From an uncultured Chloroflexia bacterium (GTDB lineage Bacteria; Chloroflexota; Limnocylindria; QHBO01): DNA of 64,000 nt. Shown in pieces: positions 33,354-54,405 of the stretch. Made by a program: the position numbers and the translations under genes. Under the pieces are notes generated by a model. That model worked only from the letters and a program-made list of their open reading frames with translations. It did not search any database and was not told the origin of the DNA. Each line of letters opens with the position of its first letter. Within the stretch, counting starts at the first letter, position 1. Location of the stretch: positions 224,001 to 288,000 of the forward strand of contig CAWFCQ010000008.1 of assembly GCA_963814375.1 (NCBI GenBank). Direction: 5' to 3'.

Positions 33354-33782
33354 ATGGCGAAGAAGATCAGGGCGATGCTGAAGGTGCAGGCGCCCGCCGG
33401 CGCCGCCACCGCCGCCCCGCCCGTCGGGCCGGCGCTCGGCCAGCACGGCATCAACATCATGGAGTTCATCAAGGCCTTCAACGAGCGCACCGCCGATCTG
33501 CGCGGCTACGTCGTCCCGGCCGAGATCACCGTCTACGAGGACCGCTCGTTCACGTTCGTGACAAAGGCTCCGCTTGCCGCTGCGCTGCTCAAGCGCGCCG
33601 CCGGCGTCGAGTCGGGCAGCTCGCAGCCGAACCGCGACAAGGTCGGCCAGGTCACGCGCGCGCAGCTGCGCGAGATCGCGACCGTCAAGATGGCGGACCT
33701 CAACGCCAACACCGTCGAGCAGGCAATGAAGATCATCGAGGGCACCGCGCGCTCGATGGGCATCGAGGTCGCCCAGTCATGA
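33354..33782 (+). CDS. rplK: 50S ribosomal protein L11
   Basis: [18 protein letters not shown]. Confidence 0.98.
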   Translation: MAKKIRAMLKVQAPAGAATAAPPVGPALGQHGINIMEFIKAFNERTADLRGYVVPAEITVYEDRSFTFVTKAPLAAALLKRAAGVESGSSQPNRDKVGQVTRAQLREIATVKMADLNANTVEQAMKIIEGTARSMGIEVAQS

Positions 33783-34483
33783 CGCACGGACGCAAGTACA
33801 CCGAGGCGGCCAAGCTCGTCGAGCCCGACCGCCGCTACGAGATCGCCGAGGCAGCCGAGCTGCTGCCGAAGCTGTCGATCAGCAAGTTCGACGGTACCGT
33901 CGAGGCGCATCTGCGCCTGGGCGTCGATCCGCGCCACGCCGACCAGCTGGTGCGCGGGACGGTCGTTCTCCCGCATGGCACCGGCAAGGCATCCCGCGTC
34001 ATCGTCTTCGCCCAGGGCGAGAAGGCCCAGGAAGCGCTCCGCGCGGGTGCGGACGAGGTCGGCGGTGACGATCTCGTCAAGAGGATCGACGCCGGCTGGT
34101 TCGATTTCGACGTCGCCATCGCGACGCCCGACATGATGGGCACGGTCGGCCGTCTCGGGAAGAAGCTCGGCCCGCGCGGCCTGATGCCGAACCCGAAGTC
34201 CGGCACCGTGACCTTCGACATCGAGCGCGCCGTCGGCGAGATCAAGTCGGGCCGAATCGAGTTCAAGGTCGACCGGGCGGGGATCGTCCACGCACCCGTC
34301 GGCCGTGCCTCGTTCACGCCCGAGCAGCTGGCCGCAAACGTCGCCACGCTGGTGGACGCCATCAACCGGGCCAAGCCATCGGGCGCCAAGGGCACATACA
34401 TGCGCACGCTGACCCTGGCCCCGACCATGGGCCCGGGCGTGCGCGTCGACATCCCGTCGGCGCTCGCTGCGGCCAACGCCTAG
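33779..34483 (+). CDS. rplA: 50S ribosomal protein L1
   Basis: [30 protein letters not shown]. Confidence 0.98.
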   Translation: MTHGRKYTEAAKLVEPDRRYEIAEAAELLPKLSISKFDGTVEAHLRLGVDPRHADQLVRGTVVLPHGTGKASRVIVFAQGEKAQEALRAGADEVGGDDLVKRIDAGWFDFDVAIATPDMMGTVGRLGKKLGPRGLMPNPKSGTVTFDIERAVGEIKSGRIEFKVDRAGIVHAPVGRASFTPEQLAANVATLVDAINRAKPSGAKGTYMRTLTLAPTMGPGVRVDIPSALAAANA

Positions 34484-34544
34484 GGCCGTCGCAGGACGGA
34501 TGTCGAGCGCATCGGCTAGGATGCGAACTCGACAACCGAAGAAG

Positions 34545-34625
34545 CCGAAGACCGCGATGTGCCCGGGTGAGACCCCCGGCCAATCGTCGGCGCTGTAACC
34601 ATCCAGACGCCGCGGCACGCGCAGG
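34545..34625 (+). promoter_or_regulatory. L10 leader (rplJ autoregulatory RNA)
   Basis: CCGAAGACCGCG...CGCGCAGG kink-turn-like frame in the roughly 250-nt rplA-rplJ spacer. Confidence 0.6.
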
Positions 34626-34732
34626 CACGAATGAACGACTCGCCTCACGGCGGTTCTCGTGTCGCGCACGCAGGACCGCCGTTTTGATTTGCCCGTAATC
34701 AGCTGCCTCAGGGAGGACGAGAAGAAGAACCG

Positions 34733-35269
34733 ATGCCGACCGATGTCAAGCGCCAGGCCGTCGCCGAGCTTGCGGAGAAGCTCCGCAGCAGCTCCGCCAT
34801 GGCCGTGGCCGACTACCGGGGCCTCACGGTCTCGGAGATGCAGTCGGTCCGGAGGACGCTCCGCGAGAGCGGCGTCCAGCTCACCATCGCCAAGAACCGC
34901 CTGCTGAAGATCGCCGCCGACGAGGCGGAGCGCGCCGAGCTCAAGCCGATGCTCACGGGGCCGACCGCCCTGGCCACGATCGACGGTGACGAGGCGGCCA
35001 TGGCGAAGGCGCTGGCCGATGCCTTCCGACCGTACTCCCGCACCGTCACCGTCCGCGGTGGCATGCTCGGCAGCCAGGCGATCGACGCATCGCAGCTGAC
35101 CCGGCTGGCGACGCTCCCGTCGCGCGAGGTCCTGCTCGGCAAGATCGCCGGCGGGATGGCCGCACCGCTGACCGGCATGGCCGGCGTGCTTGCCGCGAAC
35201 CTGCGCAACCTCGTGGGCGTTCTCAGCGCCGTTGCCGACAAGAAGCAGCAGACCCAAGACGCGGCCTGA
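34733..35269 (+). CDS. rplJ: 50S ribosomal protein L10
   Basis: [19 protein letters not shown]. Confidence 0.97.
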   Translation: MPTDVKRQAVAELAEKLRSSSAMAVADYRGLTVSEMQSVRRTLRESGVQLTIAKNRLLKIAADEAERAELKPMLTGPTALATIDGDEAAMAKALADAFRPYSRTVTVRGGMLGSQAIDASQLTRLATLPSREVLLGKIAGGMAAPLTGMAGVLAANLRNLVGVLSAVADKKQQTQDAA

Positions 35270-35303
35270 CGGTCGCCAAGCAACCACAGGAGAACCGATA
35301 CCG

Positions 35304-35702
35304 ATGGCGACCAAGACCCTGGACAAGGACCAGATCCTCGAGGCGATCGACACGATGACCGTCCTCGAGCTGAGCGAGCTGGTGAAGGCCTTCGAGGAGC
35401 GCTACGGCGTGACCGCGGCCGCCCCGGTTGCTGCCGCTGCCGCCCCCGCCGCGGGTGGCGACGGTGCAGCCGCCGCGGCAACCGAGGAGCAGACCGAGTT
35501 CGAGGCGCTCCTGACCGATGTCGGCGCCAACAAGATCCTCGTCATCAAGGCCGTCCGCGAGCTGACCGGCCTGGGCCTCAAGGAGGCCAAGGACCTCGTC
35601 GACGCCGCCCCCAAGGCGGTGAAGGAGGGCGTCACCAAGGAGGAGGCCGAGGCGGCCAAGGAGAAGCTGGCAGAGGCCGGCGCGACCGTCGAGGTCAAGT
35701 AG
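35304..35702 (+). CDS. rplL: 50S ribosomal protein L7/L12
   Basis: [31 protein letters not shown]. Confidence 0.98.
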   Translation: MATKTLDKDQILEAIDTMTVLELSELVKAFEERYGVTAAAPVAAAAAPAAGGDGAAAAATEEQTEFEALLTDVGANKILVIKAVRELTGLGLKEAKDLVDAAPKAVKEGVTKEEAEAAKEKLAEAGATVEVK

Positions 35703-35720
35703 CTCCCACTTCCGCGAACC

Positions 35721-35752
35721 GGGCCGGCCCACTGGGGCCGGCCTCTTCGTTT
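35721..35752 (+). terminator. Intrinsic terminator after rplL
   Basis: GGCCGGCCC-ACTG-GGGCCGGCC followed by TCTTCGTTT. Confidence 0.7.
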
Positions 35753-35764
35753 CCGCCTGTGCGG

Positions 35765-35884
35765 GACCGATAGATCGGACGAAATCGCACGCGAAGCCCT
35801 GATCCGGTGACATCGCGACCGATAGATCGGACCAAATCGCACATGAGCTCGTGGTCCGGTGAAATCCTGACCGAAGGATCGGAC
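35765..35884. repeat. 52-bp tandem repeat (about 2.3 units) built on GACCGATAGATCGGAC
   Basis: Units start at 35765, 35817 and 35869. Confidence 0.85.
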
Positions 35885-35955
35885 AGGTCATTTCGCTATT
35901 CGACGGACCTACGGGAGACCGCGACCGTCCGGCGCGGATGCCCCGACCGCTTCAG

Positions 35956-35983
35956 TTGACGAAGCGGTCGAGCGTGATATAGT
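35956..35983 (+). promoter_or_regulatory. rpoBC promoter
   Basis: TTGACG-16 nt-TATAGT with TG extension. Confidence 0.7.
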
Positions 35984-36032
35984 TTCCGTTCGCGTGTCCG
36001 CGCCTCACCCTGCCTTCCTCCAGGAGTACTGA

Positions 36033-39512
<3,480 letters not shown>

Positions 39513-39636
39513 TCGCGGCGCGGCGCCGGCGGGGCGTCGCGCAAGAAAGCCATCGGTCTATCTCAGCCCGGGCCTGGTCAGCCCGCGGTCAACCCGAGCC
39601 ACGGGCGGCGCGCAGCCGCAGGAGTCGTAGCAGCTC

Positions 39637-44106
<4,470 letters not shown>

Positions 44107-44126
44107 AGCTCCCAGCGATCCGACGC

Positions 44127-44158
44127 GAAGGGCGGCCTCATGGCCGCCCTTCCTCTTG
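44127..44158 (+). terminator. Terminator hairpin after rpoC
   Basis: GAAGGGCGGCC-TCAT-GGCCGCCCTTC then CTCTT. Confidence 0.65.
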
Positions 44159-44187
44159 GGCGCCTCACCGGCGGCCATCGGTCTCGA

Positions 44188-44334
44188 AGCGCCCACATTC
44201 ACATGGAGTGGGCGTTGACCGGTGAGATTCGCCCTCGAGCGTCCGGATTCACATCGGGTGGGCGCCAACGGCCCGTTCGGGCCGTTCGAGCGATTCCAGG
44301 GCTGCTACGGCCCACGTGGTGTGAATCCGGACGC
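44188..44334. repeat. Direct and inverted repeat cluster (ATTCACA...GTGGGC)
   Basis: ATTCACAT at 44197 and 44247; 44239-44263 matches the reverse complement of 44310-44334 at 22/25. Confidence 0.7.
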
Positions 44335-44355
44335 CTCAACTGCAAGGGCCCTCGA

Positions 44356-44385
44356 TTGACACTGAGCACCGTGCTTCCGTATACT
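44356..44385 (+). promoter_or_regulatory. str operon promoter
   Basis: TTGACA-18 nt-TATACT. Confidence 0.75.
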
Positions 44386-44554
44386 TCGCAGCCGGTGTCC
44401 CGCCCGCGGGACGCCTTCGTGTGTGCCCCCGGCATGAGCCGAATGCTTGGCCGATTGGGCAGCCCATACCGGCCTCCCTGCCGGATCACCATGGGCGCCA
44501 TCGGGGCCATCGATTCACTCAGTAGCAGCACGCGATACGAACGCGAGGTTCTCG

Positions 44555-44974
44555 TTGCCAACGATCAGCCAGCTGGTCCGCAAGGGTCGAAAGCCGGCCG
44601 TCAAGAAGGTGAAGGCTCCGGCGCTGCGCCGTACGCTGAACACCCTCAAGCAGACCACGTCTGAGGGACGCGGCGCGCCGCAGCGGCGGGGCGTCTGCCT
44701 GCAGGTCATGACGCGCACCCCGAAGAAGCCGAACTCGGCGCTTCGGAAGGTGGCGCGCGTCCGGCTGACCAACGGGATGGAGGTCACTGCCTATATCCCG
44801 GGCGTCGGTCACAACCTCCAGGAGCACTCGATGGTCCTCGTCCGTGGCGGTCGCGTGAAGGACCTTCCGGCGGTGAAGTACCACATCATCCGTGGCACCC
44901 TCGACGCCGCCGGCGTCCGCGATCGCCGGCAGAGCCGCAGCAAGTACGGCGCGAAGTCGCCGGGCAAGAGCTAG
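44555..44974 (+). CDS. rpsL: 30S ribosomal protein S12
   Basis: TTG start [30 protein letters not shown]. Confidence 0.98.
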   Translation: MPTISQLVRKGRKPAVKKVKAPALRRTLNTLKQTTSEGRGAPQRRGVCLQVMTRTPKKPNSALRKVARVRLTNGMEVTAYIPGVGHNLQEHSMVLVRGGRVKDLPAVKYHIIRGTLDAAGVRDRRQSRSKYGAKSPGKS

Positions 44975-44978
44975 ACCG

Positions 44979-45452
44979 ATGCCACGACGTCCCACCATCG
45001 CGCGCAAGACGAAGTACGCCGAGCAGCTGACCGGCACGGCGCTGACGCTCGACCAGTTCACGAACAAGCTGATGCACGGCGGCAAGCGCCACCTGGCGCA
45101 TCGGATCCTCGAGGGTGCTCTCGCTCGCTGTGAGTCCCAGGCGGGCCGCGCCGGCGTCGAGGTGCTCGAGCAGGCGCTGCGCAACGCGATGCCGCTCATC
45201 GAGGTCAAGCCCAAGCGCGTCGGTGGCTCGACCTACCAGATCCCGGTCGAGGTCCGCGCCGACCGTCGGGTCAGCCTCGGCATGCGCTGGCTCATCGAGT
45301 CCGCTCGCAAGCGCAACGGCAAGAGCATGTCCGACAAGCTCGCGGCCGAGCTGATGGATGCCAGCAACGGCATCGGCGCGGCCGTGAAGCGACGCGAGGA
45401 CACCCACCGCATGGCGGAGGCGAACCGCGCCTTCAGCCACTTCAAGTGGTAG
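44979..45452 (+). CDS. rpsG: 30S ribosomal protein S7
   Basis: [24 protein letters not shown]. Confidence 0.98.
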   Translation: MPRRPTIARKTKYAEQLTGTALTLDQFTNKLMHGGKRHLAHRILEGALARCESQAGRAGVEVLEQALRNAMPLIEVKPKRVGGSTYQIPVEVRADRRVSLGMRWLIESARKRNGKSMSDKLAAELMDASNGIGAAVKRREDTHRMAEANRAFSHFKW

Positions 45453-45456
45453 GCCG

Positions 45457-47569
<2,113 letters not shown>

Positions 47570-47602
47570 TAACGCAAACGTAGGAGCGACGAAGGACCAA
47601 TC

Positions 47603-48808
47603 ATGGCCAAGCAGAAGTTCGACCGCAGCAAGCCGCACGTGAACGTCGGGACCATCGGTCATGTCGACCACGGGAAGACGACGCTGACCGCGGCGATCAC
47701 CAAGTTCCTGTCACTCTCGGGCGGTGCGGACTTCCGCGCCTTCGACCAGATCGACAACGCCCCCGAGGAGCGGCAGCGCGGCATCACGATCGCCATCAGC
47801 CACGTCGAGTACCAGACGGCGAACCGCCACTACGCGCACGTCGACTGCCCGGGTCACGCGGACTACATCAAGAACATGATCACCGGCGCCGCGCAGATGG
47901 ACGGCGCGATCCTGGTCGTGTCGGCCGCCGATGGCCCGATGCCGCAGACGCGCGAGCACATCCTCCTGGCCCGACAGGTCGAGGTGCCGAGCCTCGTCGT
48001 CTACCTCAACAAGGTCGACATGGTCGATGACGAGATGCTCGTCGACCTGGTCGAGATGGAGGTGCGCGAGCTCCTCACCAAGTACGAGTTCCCCGGCGAG
48101 GACATCCCGGTCATTCGCGGCTCGGCCCTCAAGGCCCTCGAGTCGACCAGCGATGACCCGGAGAACGCCGACTACGCCTCCATCAAGGAGCTGATGGACG
48201 CCGTCGACTCCTACATCCCGACCCCGGCCCGCGAGACCGAGAAGCCCTTCCTCATGCCGATCGAGGACGTCTTCGGCATCAAGGGTCGCGGCACGGTCGC
48301 CACCGGCCGCATCGAGCGCGGCGTCGTCAACACCGGCGACACCGTCGAGCTGGTCGGCATCCACCAGGACAAGGCTCGCCAGCTGGTGGTGACCGGCGTC
48401 GAGATGTTCAAGAAGACCCTCGACACCGGCGAGGCCGGTGACAACGTCGGCCTCCTCCTGCGCGGCATCGAGCGCGACGAGCTCGAGCGCGGCCAGGTGC
48501 TGGCCAAGCCCGGCACGGTCAAGCCGGGCACGAAGTTCAAGGCCGAGGTGCTCGTGCTCTCCAAGGAGGAGGGCGGCCGCCACACGCCGTTCTACGCCGG
48601 CTACCGGCCGCAGTTCTACCTGCGCACCACGGACGTGACCGGCGCGATCATCCTGCCCGCGGGCGTCGAGATGATCATGCCGGGCGACAACGTCAACATC
48701 GACGTCGAGCTGATCACCCCGATCGCCATCGAGCAGGGCCAGCGCTTCGCGATTCGCGAGGGTGGCCACACCGTCGGCGCGGGCGTGATCACCGAGGTCG
48801 CCGGCTAG
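47603..48808 (+). CDS. tuf: Elongation factor Tu
   Basis: [28 protein letters not shown]. Confidence 0.99.
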   Translation: MAKQKFDRSKPHVNVGTIGHVDHGKTTLTAAITKFLSLSGGADFRAFDQIDNAPEERQRGITIAISHVEYQTANRHYAHVDCPGHADYIKNMITGAAQMDGAILVVSAADGPMPQTREHILLARQVEVPSLVVYLNKVDMVDDEMLVDLVEMEVRELLTKYEFPGEDIPVIRGSALKALESTSDDPENADYASIKELMDAVDSYIPTPARETEKPFLMPIEDVFGIKGRGTVATGRIERGVVNTGDTVELVGIHQDKARQLVVTGVEMFKKTLDTGEAGDNVGLLLRGIERDELERGQVLAKPGTVKPGTKFKAEVLVLSKEEGGRHTPFYAGYRPQFYLRTTDVTGAIILPAGVEMIMPGDNVNIDVELITPIAIEQGQRFAIREGGHTVGAGVITEVAG

Positions 48809-48814
48809 CCCGCC

Positions 48815-49123
48815 ATGGCAAAGCAGCGCATTCGCATCCGTCTCAAGGCGTACGACCACAAGCTGCTCGACCAGTCGGCCGAGCAGATCGTGGAGACCGC
48901 GCAGCGGACCGGCGCCGACGTCGCCGGCCCGGTCCCGTTGCCGACCCGTATCGAGAAGTACACCGTCATTCGCGGCCCGTTCGTCCACAAGGACGGCCGG
49001 GAGCAGTTCGAGATCCGGACCCACAAGCGCCTCATCGACATCATCGACCCGTCCACCAAGACGGTCGATGCCCTGATGCGACTGTCGCTCGCGGCCGGCG
49101 TCGATATCGAGATCAAGATGTGA
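48815..49123 (+). CDS. rpsJ: 30S ribosomal protein S10
   Basis: [27 protein letters not shown]. Confidence 0.98.
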   Translation: MAKQRIRIRLKAYDHKLLDQSAEQIVETAQRTGADVAGPVPLPTRIEKYTVIRGPFVHKDGREQFEIRTHKRLIDIIDPSTKTVDALMRLSLAAGVDIEIKM

Positions 49124-49193
49124 ACTCCCGCGGATGGGCCGCATCGGTCCATCACGAGGGCGTTCCGCCATCAGTGAGAGGAACACCAGAGAA

Positions 49194-49817
49194 GTGCCGG
49201 CAGGATTGATCGGAAGGAAGCTGGGGATGACCCGCATCTTCGTGGACGACGGCAGCGTCGTCCCGGTGAGCGTCATCGAGGCGACCCCGAACACCATCAC
49301 GCGACTCCGCACCGTCGAGCAGGACGGCTATACGGCCGTGCAGCTCGGGAGCGGCAGCGCCCGCCGCGCGACGAAGCCGGTCGCCGGCCAGTTCAAGCAC
49401 CTCCCCAAGGACCAGCAGAAGCCGAAGGCGGTGCGCGAGTTCCGCCTCGAGGCCACCGACGAGTACGAGGTCGGGCAGCAGCTCGGCGTCGACCTCTTCG
49501 AGGCCGGTGAGCTGGTGGACGTCACCGGCGTGAGCAAGGGCCAGGGGTTCACCGGCGTCATCGCCCGCCACAACTTCCGCCGCGGGCCGAAGACGCACGG
49601 GTCGGACCATCATCGCGCGCCGGGCTCCATCGGCGCCGGCACCTACCCCGGTCGAGTCTGGAAGGGCACGCCGATGGCAGGGCACATGGGTGACGAGCGG
49701 GTCACGGTCAAGAAGCTCAAGGTCGTGAGGGTCGATCCGGAGCGCAACCTCATCCTGGTGAAGGGTGCGGTGCCCGGGGCGCGCAACGGCCTGCTGCTCG
49801 TGCAGAAGGCGAAGTAG
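49194..49817 (+). CDS. rplC: 50S ribosomal protein L3
   Basis: GRKLGMTR, DGYTAVQLG, HRAPGSIG, KGAVPG. Confidence 0.97.
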   Translation: MPAGLIGRKLGMTRIFVDDGSVVPVSVIEATPNTITRLRTVEQDGYTAVQLGSGSARRATKPVAGQFKHLPKDQQKPKAVREFRLEATDEYEVGQQLGVDLFEAGELVDVTGVSKGQGFTGVIARHNFRRGPKTHGSDHHRAPGSIGAGTYPGRVWKGTPMAGHMGDERVTVKKLKVVRVDPERNLILVKGAVPGARNGLLLVQKAK

Positions 49818-49820
49818 ACG

Positions 49821-50468
49821 ATGGCCCAGAAAAAGCCCACGGCCAGCACCACGGCCACGATCCTCAAGGCGGACGGCAAGGAGGCAGGGTCGGTGGACCT
49901 TCCCGAGACGCTGTTCGCTGCACCGATCAACGAGAGCCTCATCCACCAGGCCGTGCTGCGGCAGCTGGCGGGTCGCCGCATCGGCACCGCCGACACGCTG
50001 ACCCGCGGCGAGGTGCACGGCGGCGGCAAGAAGCCGTGGCGCCAGAAGGGCACCGGCCGCGCCCGCCAGGGCACCAAGACGGCCCCGCAGTGGGCCGGCG
50101 GCGGCGTGGTCTTCGGCCCGCACCCGCGCAGCTACGAGCAGCGCATGCCACTGAAGATGCGTCGCAGCGCCCTGCGCGGCGTGCTCAGCGCCAAGCAGGC
50201 CGACGGCGCGCTCCGTGTGGTCGAGGGCTTCGACCTCGGCGAGATCAAGACGAAGGCGATGATCGAGCGGCTCTCGGCGTGGGACGCGGGCGGCAAGGTG
50301 CTGCTCGTGCTCAACAACCGCGACGAGGCGATCGAGCGATCCGCTCGCAACCTGCGCGAGGTGCGCATCATCCTCGCCGACAGCCTCAATGTGGTCGACC
50401 TGCTCGAGGCCGACACCGTGGTCTTCACCCGCGAGGCGCTTGACCGTGCGCAGGAGGTGTACGCGTGA
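49821..50468 (+). CDS. rplD: 50S ribosomal protein L4
   Basis: KKPWRQKGTGRARQG, GGGVVFGP. Confidence 0.98.
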   Translation: MAQKKPTASTTATILKADGKEAGSVDLPETLFAAPINESLIHQAVLRQLAGRRIGTADTLTRGEVHGGGKKPWRQKGTGRARQGTKTAPQWAGGGVVFGPHPRSYEQRMPLKMRRSALRGVLSAKQADGALRVVEGFDLGEIKTKAMIERLSAWDAGGKVLLVLNNRDEAIERSARNLREVRIILADSLNVVDLLEADTVVFTREALDRAQEVYA

Positions 50469-50761
50469 CCGCGATCAACCTGCACGACGTGCTGCTGCGC
50501 CCGGTGATCAGCGAGAAGAGCACGCTCGAGACCGAACGCAATAACTACACCTTTGCGGTCGCGCGCGATGCGAACAAGTTCCTCATCAAGGCCGCCGTCG
50601 AGGCGGAGTTCAAGGTGACCGTGCTCGGCGTGCGGGTCATCAGCGTGCGGCCCAAGCAGAAGCGTCGCGGCCGCAAGACCATGGGCACGGTGCCCGGCTG
50701 GAAGAAGGCCGTGGTGACGATCGCGCCCGGCGACAAGATCGAGCTCTTCGAGGCCGTGTGA
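50465..50761 (+). CDS. rplW: 50S ribosomal protein L23
   Basis: [15 protein letters not shown]. Confidence 0.96.
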   Translation: MTAINLHDVLLRPVISEKSTLETERNNYTFAVARDANKFLIKAAVEAEFKVTVLGVRVISVRPKQKRRGRKTMGTVPGWKKAVVTIAPGDKIELFEAV

Positions 50762-50763
50762 CG

Positions 50764-51597
50764 ATGCCACTTCGCAACTACCGACCGACTTCGCCCGGCC
50801 TGCGCCAGATGACGCGCTCGACCTTCGAGGAGATCACGAGCGACACGCCGCACAAGCCGCTCACGGAGCGGCTCGTCCGCCACGCCGGCCGCAACAGCCA
50901 GGGCAAGCTGACGGTTCGCCACCAGGGCTCCGGCCACAAGCGTCTCTACCGGGTCATCGACTGGAAGCGCGACAAGGCCGGCGTGCCCGCCCGCATCGCG
51001 ACGGTCGAATACGACCCGAACCGATCGGCGCGGATCGGCCTGCTCCACTACGCCGATGGCGACAAGCGCTACATCCTCCTGCCGCATGGCCTGGGCGTCG
51101 GCGACACCGTCGCTTCCGGCCCCGATGTCGAGGCGCGGACCGGCAATGCCCTGCCGCTTGCCCGCATTCCGCTCGGCACCCAGGTCCACAACGTGGAGCT
51201 CGTCGCCGGACGCGGCGGTCAGATCGTGCGGAGCGCCGGCAGCAGCGCGCAGCTGCTCGCCAAGGAAGGCAACTTCGCGACGATCCGCCTGCCGTCGGGC
51301 GAGGTCCGTCGCGTGCGGATCGAGTGCATGGCCACGGTCGGCCAGGTCAGCAACCTCGACCACGAGAACCAGAAGATCGGGAAGGCCGGTCGCGCACGGC
51401 ACATGGGCAAGCGCCCGACGGTCCGCGGCTCGGCCATGAACCCGCGCGACCATCCGCACGGTGGTGGCGAGGGCAAGCAGCCGACCGGCATGCCGCCCAA
51501 GACCAAGTGGGGCAAGCCTGCCATGGGGCTGCGCACCCGCGTCAAGAAGAACAAGAGCAGCAAGCTGATCGTCCGCCGTCGGTACGGGCGGGGTTAG
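50764..51597 (+). CDS. rplB: 50S ribosomal protein L2
   Basis: [28 protein letters not shown]. Confidence 0.98.
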   Translation: MPLRNYRPTSPGLRQMTRSTFEEITSDTPHKPLTERLVRHAGRNSQGKLTVRHQGSGHKRLYRVIDWKRDKAGVPARIATVEYDPNRSARIGLLHYADGDKRYILLPHGLGVGDTVASGPDVEARTGNALPLARIPLGTQVHNVELVAGRGGQIVRSAGSSAQLLAKEGNFATIRLPSGEVRRVRIECMATVGQVSNLDHENQKIGKAGRARHMGKRPTVRGSAMNPRDHPHGGGEGKQPTGMPPKTKWGKPAMGLRTRVKKNKSSKLIVRRRYGRG

Positions 51598-51607
51598 GAG
51601 CCGATAG

Positions 51608-51895
51608 ATGAGTCGTTCCGTCAAGAAGGGACCCTTCGTCGACGCGCGCCTGCTCGGCCGCATCGACGATATGAACAAGCGCAGCGAGCGCAAGGTGCTG
51701 AAGACCTGGTCGCGGGCAAGCGTGATCTTCCCGCAGATGATCGGGCACACGATCGCCGTCCACGACGGCCGTCGCCACGTGCCGGTCTTCATCTCCGAGA
51801 ACATGGTCGGGCACCGCCTCGGCGAGTTCGCGCCAACGCGCACCTACCGCGGGCACACGGGTCGAGCCACCGAGCGCTCGACGACGCTGAAGTAG
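51608..51895 (+). CDS. rpsS: 30S ribosomal protein S19
   Basis: [27 protein letters not shown]. Confidence 0.98.
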   Translation: MSRSVKKGPFVDARLLGRIDDMNKRSERKVLKTWSRASVIFPQMIGHTIAVHDGRRHVPVFISENMVGHRLGEFAPTRTYRGHTGRATERSTTLK

Positions 51896-51903
51896 GCCAG
51901 CCG

Positions 51904-52245
51904 ATGCGTGTCTCCGCCACGGGAAAGTACATCCGCATCAGCTCCCGCAAGGTGCGGCTGGTGACCGACCTCATCGCCGGCAAGCCGGTCGAGGAGGCAG
52001 CGGCGATCCTGCGCTTCCTGCCGAACGCGGCAGCGAAGGACGTGGCCAAGGTGCTGAAGAGCGCCACCGCCAACGCCGAGAACAACTACAACCTGTCGGC
52101 CGACGAGCTGCGCGTGGTGAGTGCGGTGGCCAACGAGGGACCGACCCTGAAGCGTGGGCGACCGCGCGCACAGGGCCGCTACTTCCAGGTGCTCAAGCGA
52201 ACCAGCCACATCACCGTCGCCGTGGCTGACCGAGAGGAGTCGTAA
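51904..52245 (+). CDS. rplV: 50S ribosomal protein L22
   Basis: [22 protein letters not shown]. Confidence 0.97.
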   Translation: MRVSATGKYIRISSRKVRLVTDLIAGKPVEEAAAILRFLPNAAAKDVAKVLKSATANAENNYNLSADELRVVSAVANEGPTLKRGRPRAQGRYFQVLKRTSHITVAVADREES

Positions 52246-53475
52246 ATGGGTCACAAGGTTCACCCGTACGGCTTCCGGATCGGCATCATCAAGCCCTGGC
52301 TGGCGAAGTGGTACGCGGACCGCGACTACGCGACCCTGCTCCAGGAGGACATGCGGATCCGGGAGCTGGTCGCACGCCAGCTGTCGAACGCCAGCGTCAG
52401 CCAGGTCGAGATCGAGCGCGGCATCAACCACGTCACCGTGACGGTGCACACCGCCAAGCCCGGGATCGTCATCGGCAAGGGCGGGGCGAACGTCGAGGCG
52501 CTGCGCACCAACGTCGGCAAGCTGACGGACAAGAAGGTCAAGCTCGAGATCAAGGAGATCCTGCAGCCCGAGCTCGACGGCATGCTGCTGGCCCAGAACG
52601 TCGCCGGTCAGCTCGAGCGCCGAATCGCGTTCCGCAAGGCGATCAAGCAGTCGATCCAGCGCACGATCAAGGCGGGCGCCAAGGGCGTGAAGATCCAGGT
52701 CTCGGGTCGCCTCGGCGGCTCCGAGATGAGCCGGACCGAGTGGGACCGCGAGGGTCGCATCCCCCTCGGCACCCTGCGCGCCGACATCAGCTACGGCGTC
52801 GTCCATGCGCATACAACCTACGGACGCATCGGCGTCAAGGCGTGGGTCTACCGTGGCGAGCAGCTCGGCGATCGACCGGGCAGCGCTCGGACCGAGCCCC
52901 GCGCCGCGCGCCGTGGGGCGGCGCCGACGCGCACGCGAGCCGCAGGCCGTGAGTCGGGCCAGGCTGCCGAGGCGGCTGGGGCCACCGCAGCGATCGAGCC
53001 GATGACGGCGACGCCGGAGGCAGTGGCCCCCGTGACCGCCGCGGCCGAGGCACCGCCGATCGATGCAGCTCCCATCGCGGCGCCGGCCGCCGCGGAGCCG
53101 ATGCTCACACCGACCGACGTCTCCGACGAGACGCCAGCGGCCGTGGCCGAGCCGGTGGAGAGCGCTGCCGCCGAGGCGGAAGTCCCCACGGCGGAAGTCG
53201 CCGTCGCGGAGGTCGCTGCCGAGGCTCCGGCCGAGGAAGCTGTTCCGGCTGCCGACGCGCCGACCGCCGCTCCGGCACGCAAGCCGCGGACGAGGACGGC
53301 GAAGGCCGAGACGGCGGCGAAGGCCGAGAAGCCTGCCCGGGCCGAGAAGGCGACGAAGGCCGAGAAGCCGCCGACCACGCGCAAGCCGCGTGCAGCCAAG
53401 GCGGCTGTGCCCAAGGCATCCGAGGCGAGCGCACCCGAGGCAGCAGCCGACGAGCCCAAGGGCGAGGAGTCCTGA
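52246..53475 (+). CDS. rpsC: 30S ribosomal protein S3 with a roughly 200-aa low-complexity C-terminal extension
   Basis: [39 protein letters not shown]. Confidence 0.97.
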   Translation: MGHKVHPYGFRIGIIKPWLAKWYADRDYATLLQEDMRIRELVARQLSNASVSQVEIERGINHVTVTVHTAKPGIVIGKGGANVEALRTNVGKLTDKKVKLEIKEILQPELDGMLLAQNVAGQLERRIAFRKAIKQSIQRTIKAGAKGVKIQVSGRLGGSEMSRTEWDREGRIPLGTLRADISYGVVHAHTTYGRIGVKAWVYRGEQLGDRPGSARTEPRAARRGAAPTRTRAAGRESGQAAEAAGATAAIEPMTATPEAVAPVTAAAEAPPIDAAPIAAPAAAEPMLTPTDVSDETPAAVAEPVESAAAEAEVPTAEVAVAEVAAEAPAEEAVPAADAPTAAPARKPRTRTAKAETAAKAEKPARAEKATKAEKPPTTRKPRAAKAAVPKASEASAPEAAADEPKGEES

Positions 53476-53478
53476 CCG

Positions 53479-53907
53479 ATGCTGATGCCAAAGCGGGTCA
53501 AGCACCGCAAGGTCCAGCGTGGTCGCCGTGCCGGTCTGGCGAAGGGCGGCACCACGGTCAGCTTCGGCGACTTCGGCCTGATGGCCGAGGAAGTCTGCTG
53601 GCTGACCAGCCGCCAGATCGAGGCCGCTCGCCGCGCCATGACCCATCACATCAAGCGTGGTGGCCGCGTGTGGATCCGGGTCTTCCCGGACAAGCCGGTC
53701 ACGAAGAAGCCAGCCGAGGTCCGGATGGGCTCGGGCAAGGGCGCGCCGGACCATTGGGTCGCGGTGGTCAAGCCCGGCCGGGTCATGTTCGAGATGTCGG
53801 GCGTGTCGGAGCAGATCGCCCGCGAGGCGATGCGCCTCGCCGGCCACAAGCTTCCGATCACCACGCGGTTCGTCATGAAGGAGGGCCTCGAGCATGGACA
53901 TCAGTGA
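53479..53907 (+). CDS. rplP: 50S ribosomal protein L16
   Basis: [23 protein letters not shown]. Confidence 0.98.
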   Translation: MLMPKRVKHRKVQRGRRAGLAKGGTTVSFGDFGLMAEEVCWLTSRQIEAARRAMTHHIKRGGRVWIRVFPDKPVTKKPAEVRMGSGKGAPDHWVAVVKPGRVMFEMSGVSEQIAREAMRLAGHKLPITTRFVMKEGLEHGHQ

Positions 53908-54121
53908 GGTTCGAGCCCTCTCGGACAAGGATCTCGAGGGCGCGCTGCGAGACGCGAAGCAGGAGCTATGGAAGGTCCGCTTCGACCTCGCCACGCGACA
54001 GGAAAGCAACTACAGCAGGCTGCCGGCGACCCGCAAGCGGATCGCCCGCATCCTCACCGTGATGACCGAGCGTCAGCACGCGGCCGAAGCGGCCGCCGCT
54101 GATGCCGAGAAGGCCAGCTGA
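53894..54121 (+). CDS. rpmC: 50S ribosomal protein L29
   Basis: RKRIARILT; operon position. Confidence 0.93.
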   Translation: MDISEVRALSDKDLEGALRDAKQELWKVRFDLATRQESNYSRLPATRKRIARILTVMTERQHAAEAAAADAEKAS

Positions 54122-54405
54122 TGCAGGGCAAGCGAAGAAGCAAGGTTGGACGCGTCGTGTCCGACAAGATGGACAAGACCGTCGTGGTCAGCGTCGAGCG
54201 GCTGCGGAGGCACCCGATCTACAAGCGGGTCGTCCGCCTCAGCAGCAAGTTCAAGGCTCATGACGCCGAGAACACGGCACGCGTGGGAGACACCGTGCGG
54301 ATCGAGGAGAGCCGCCCGCTCTCCCGCGAGAAGCGCTGGACCGTGGTCGAGGTCGTCGCGCGCGGCTCCAGCGAGGAGCTGATCGACGGGACGGAGCAGG
54401 CATGA
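54121..54405 (+). CDS. rpsQ: 30S ribosomal protein S17
   Basis: [20 protein letters not shown]. Confidence 0.97.
   Translation: MQGKRRSKVGRVVSDKMDKTVVVSVERLRRHPIYKRVVRLSSKFKAHDAENTARVGDTVRIEESRPLSREKRWTVVEVVARGSSEELIDGTEQA

Noticed and set aside
32741-33778. 580-aa ORF suggesting a long N-terminal fusion to L1
   Set aside because: The upstream part is an off-frame overlap with nusG and rplK; L1 starts at ATG 33779.
35765-35884. 52-bp arrays as a mini-CRISPR
   Set aside because: The linkers resemble each other rather than being unique spacers, the repeats are short and degenerate, and no cas genes are in the window.
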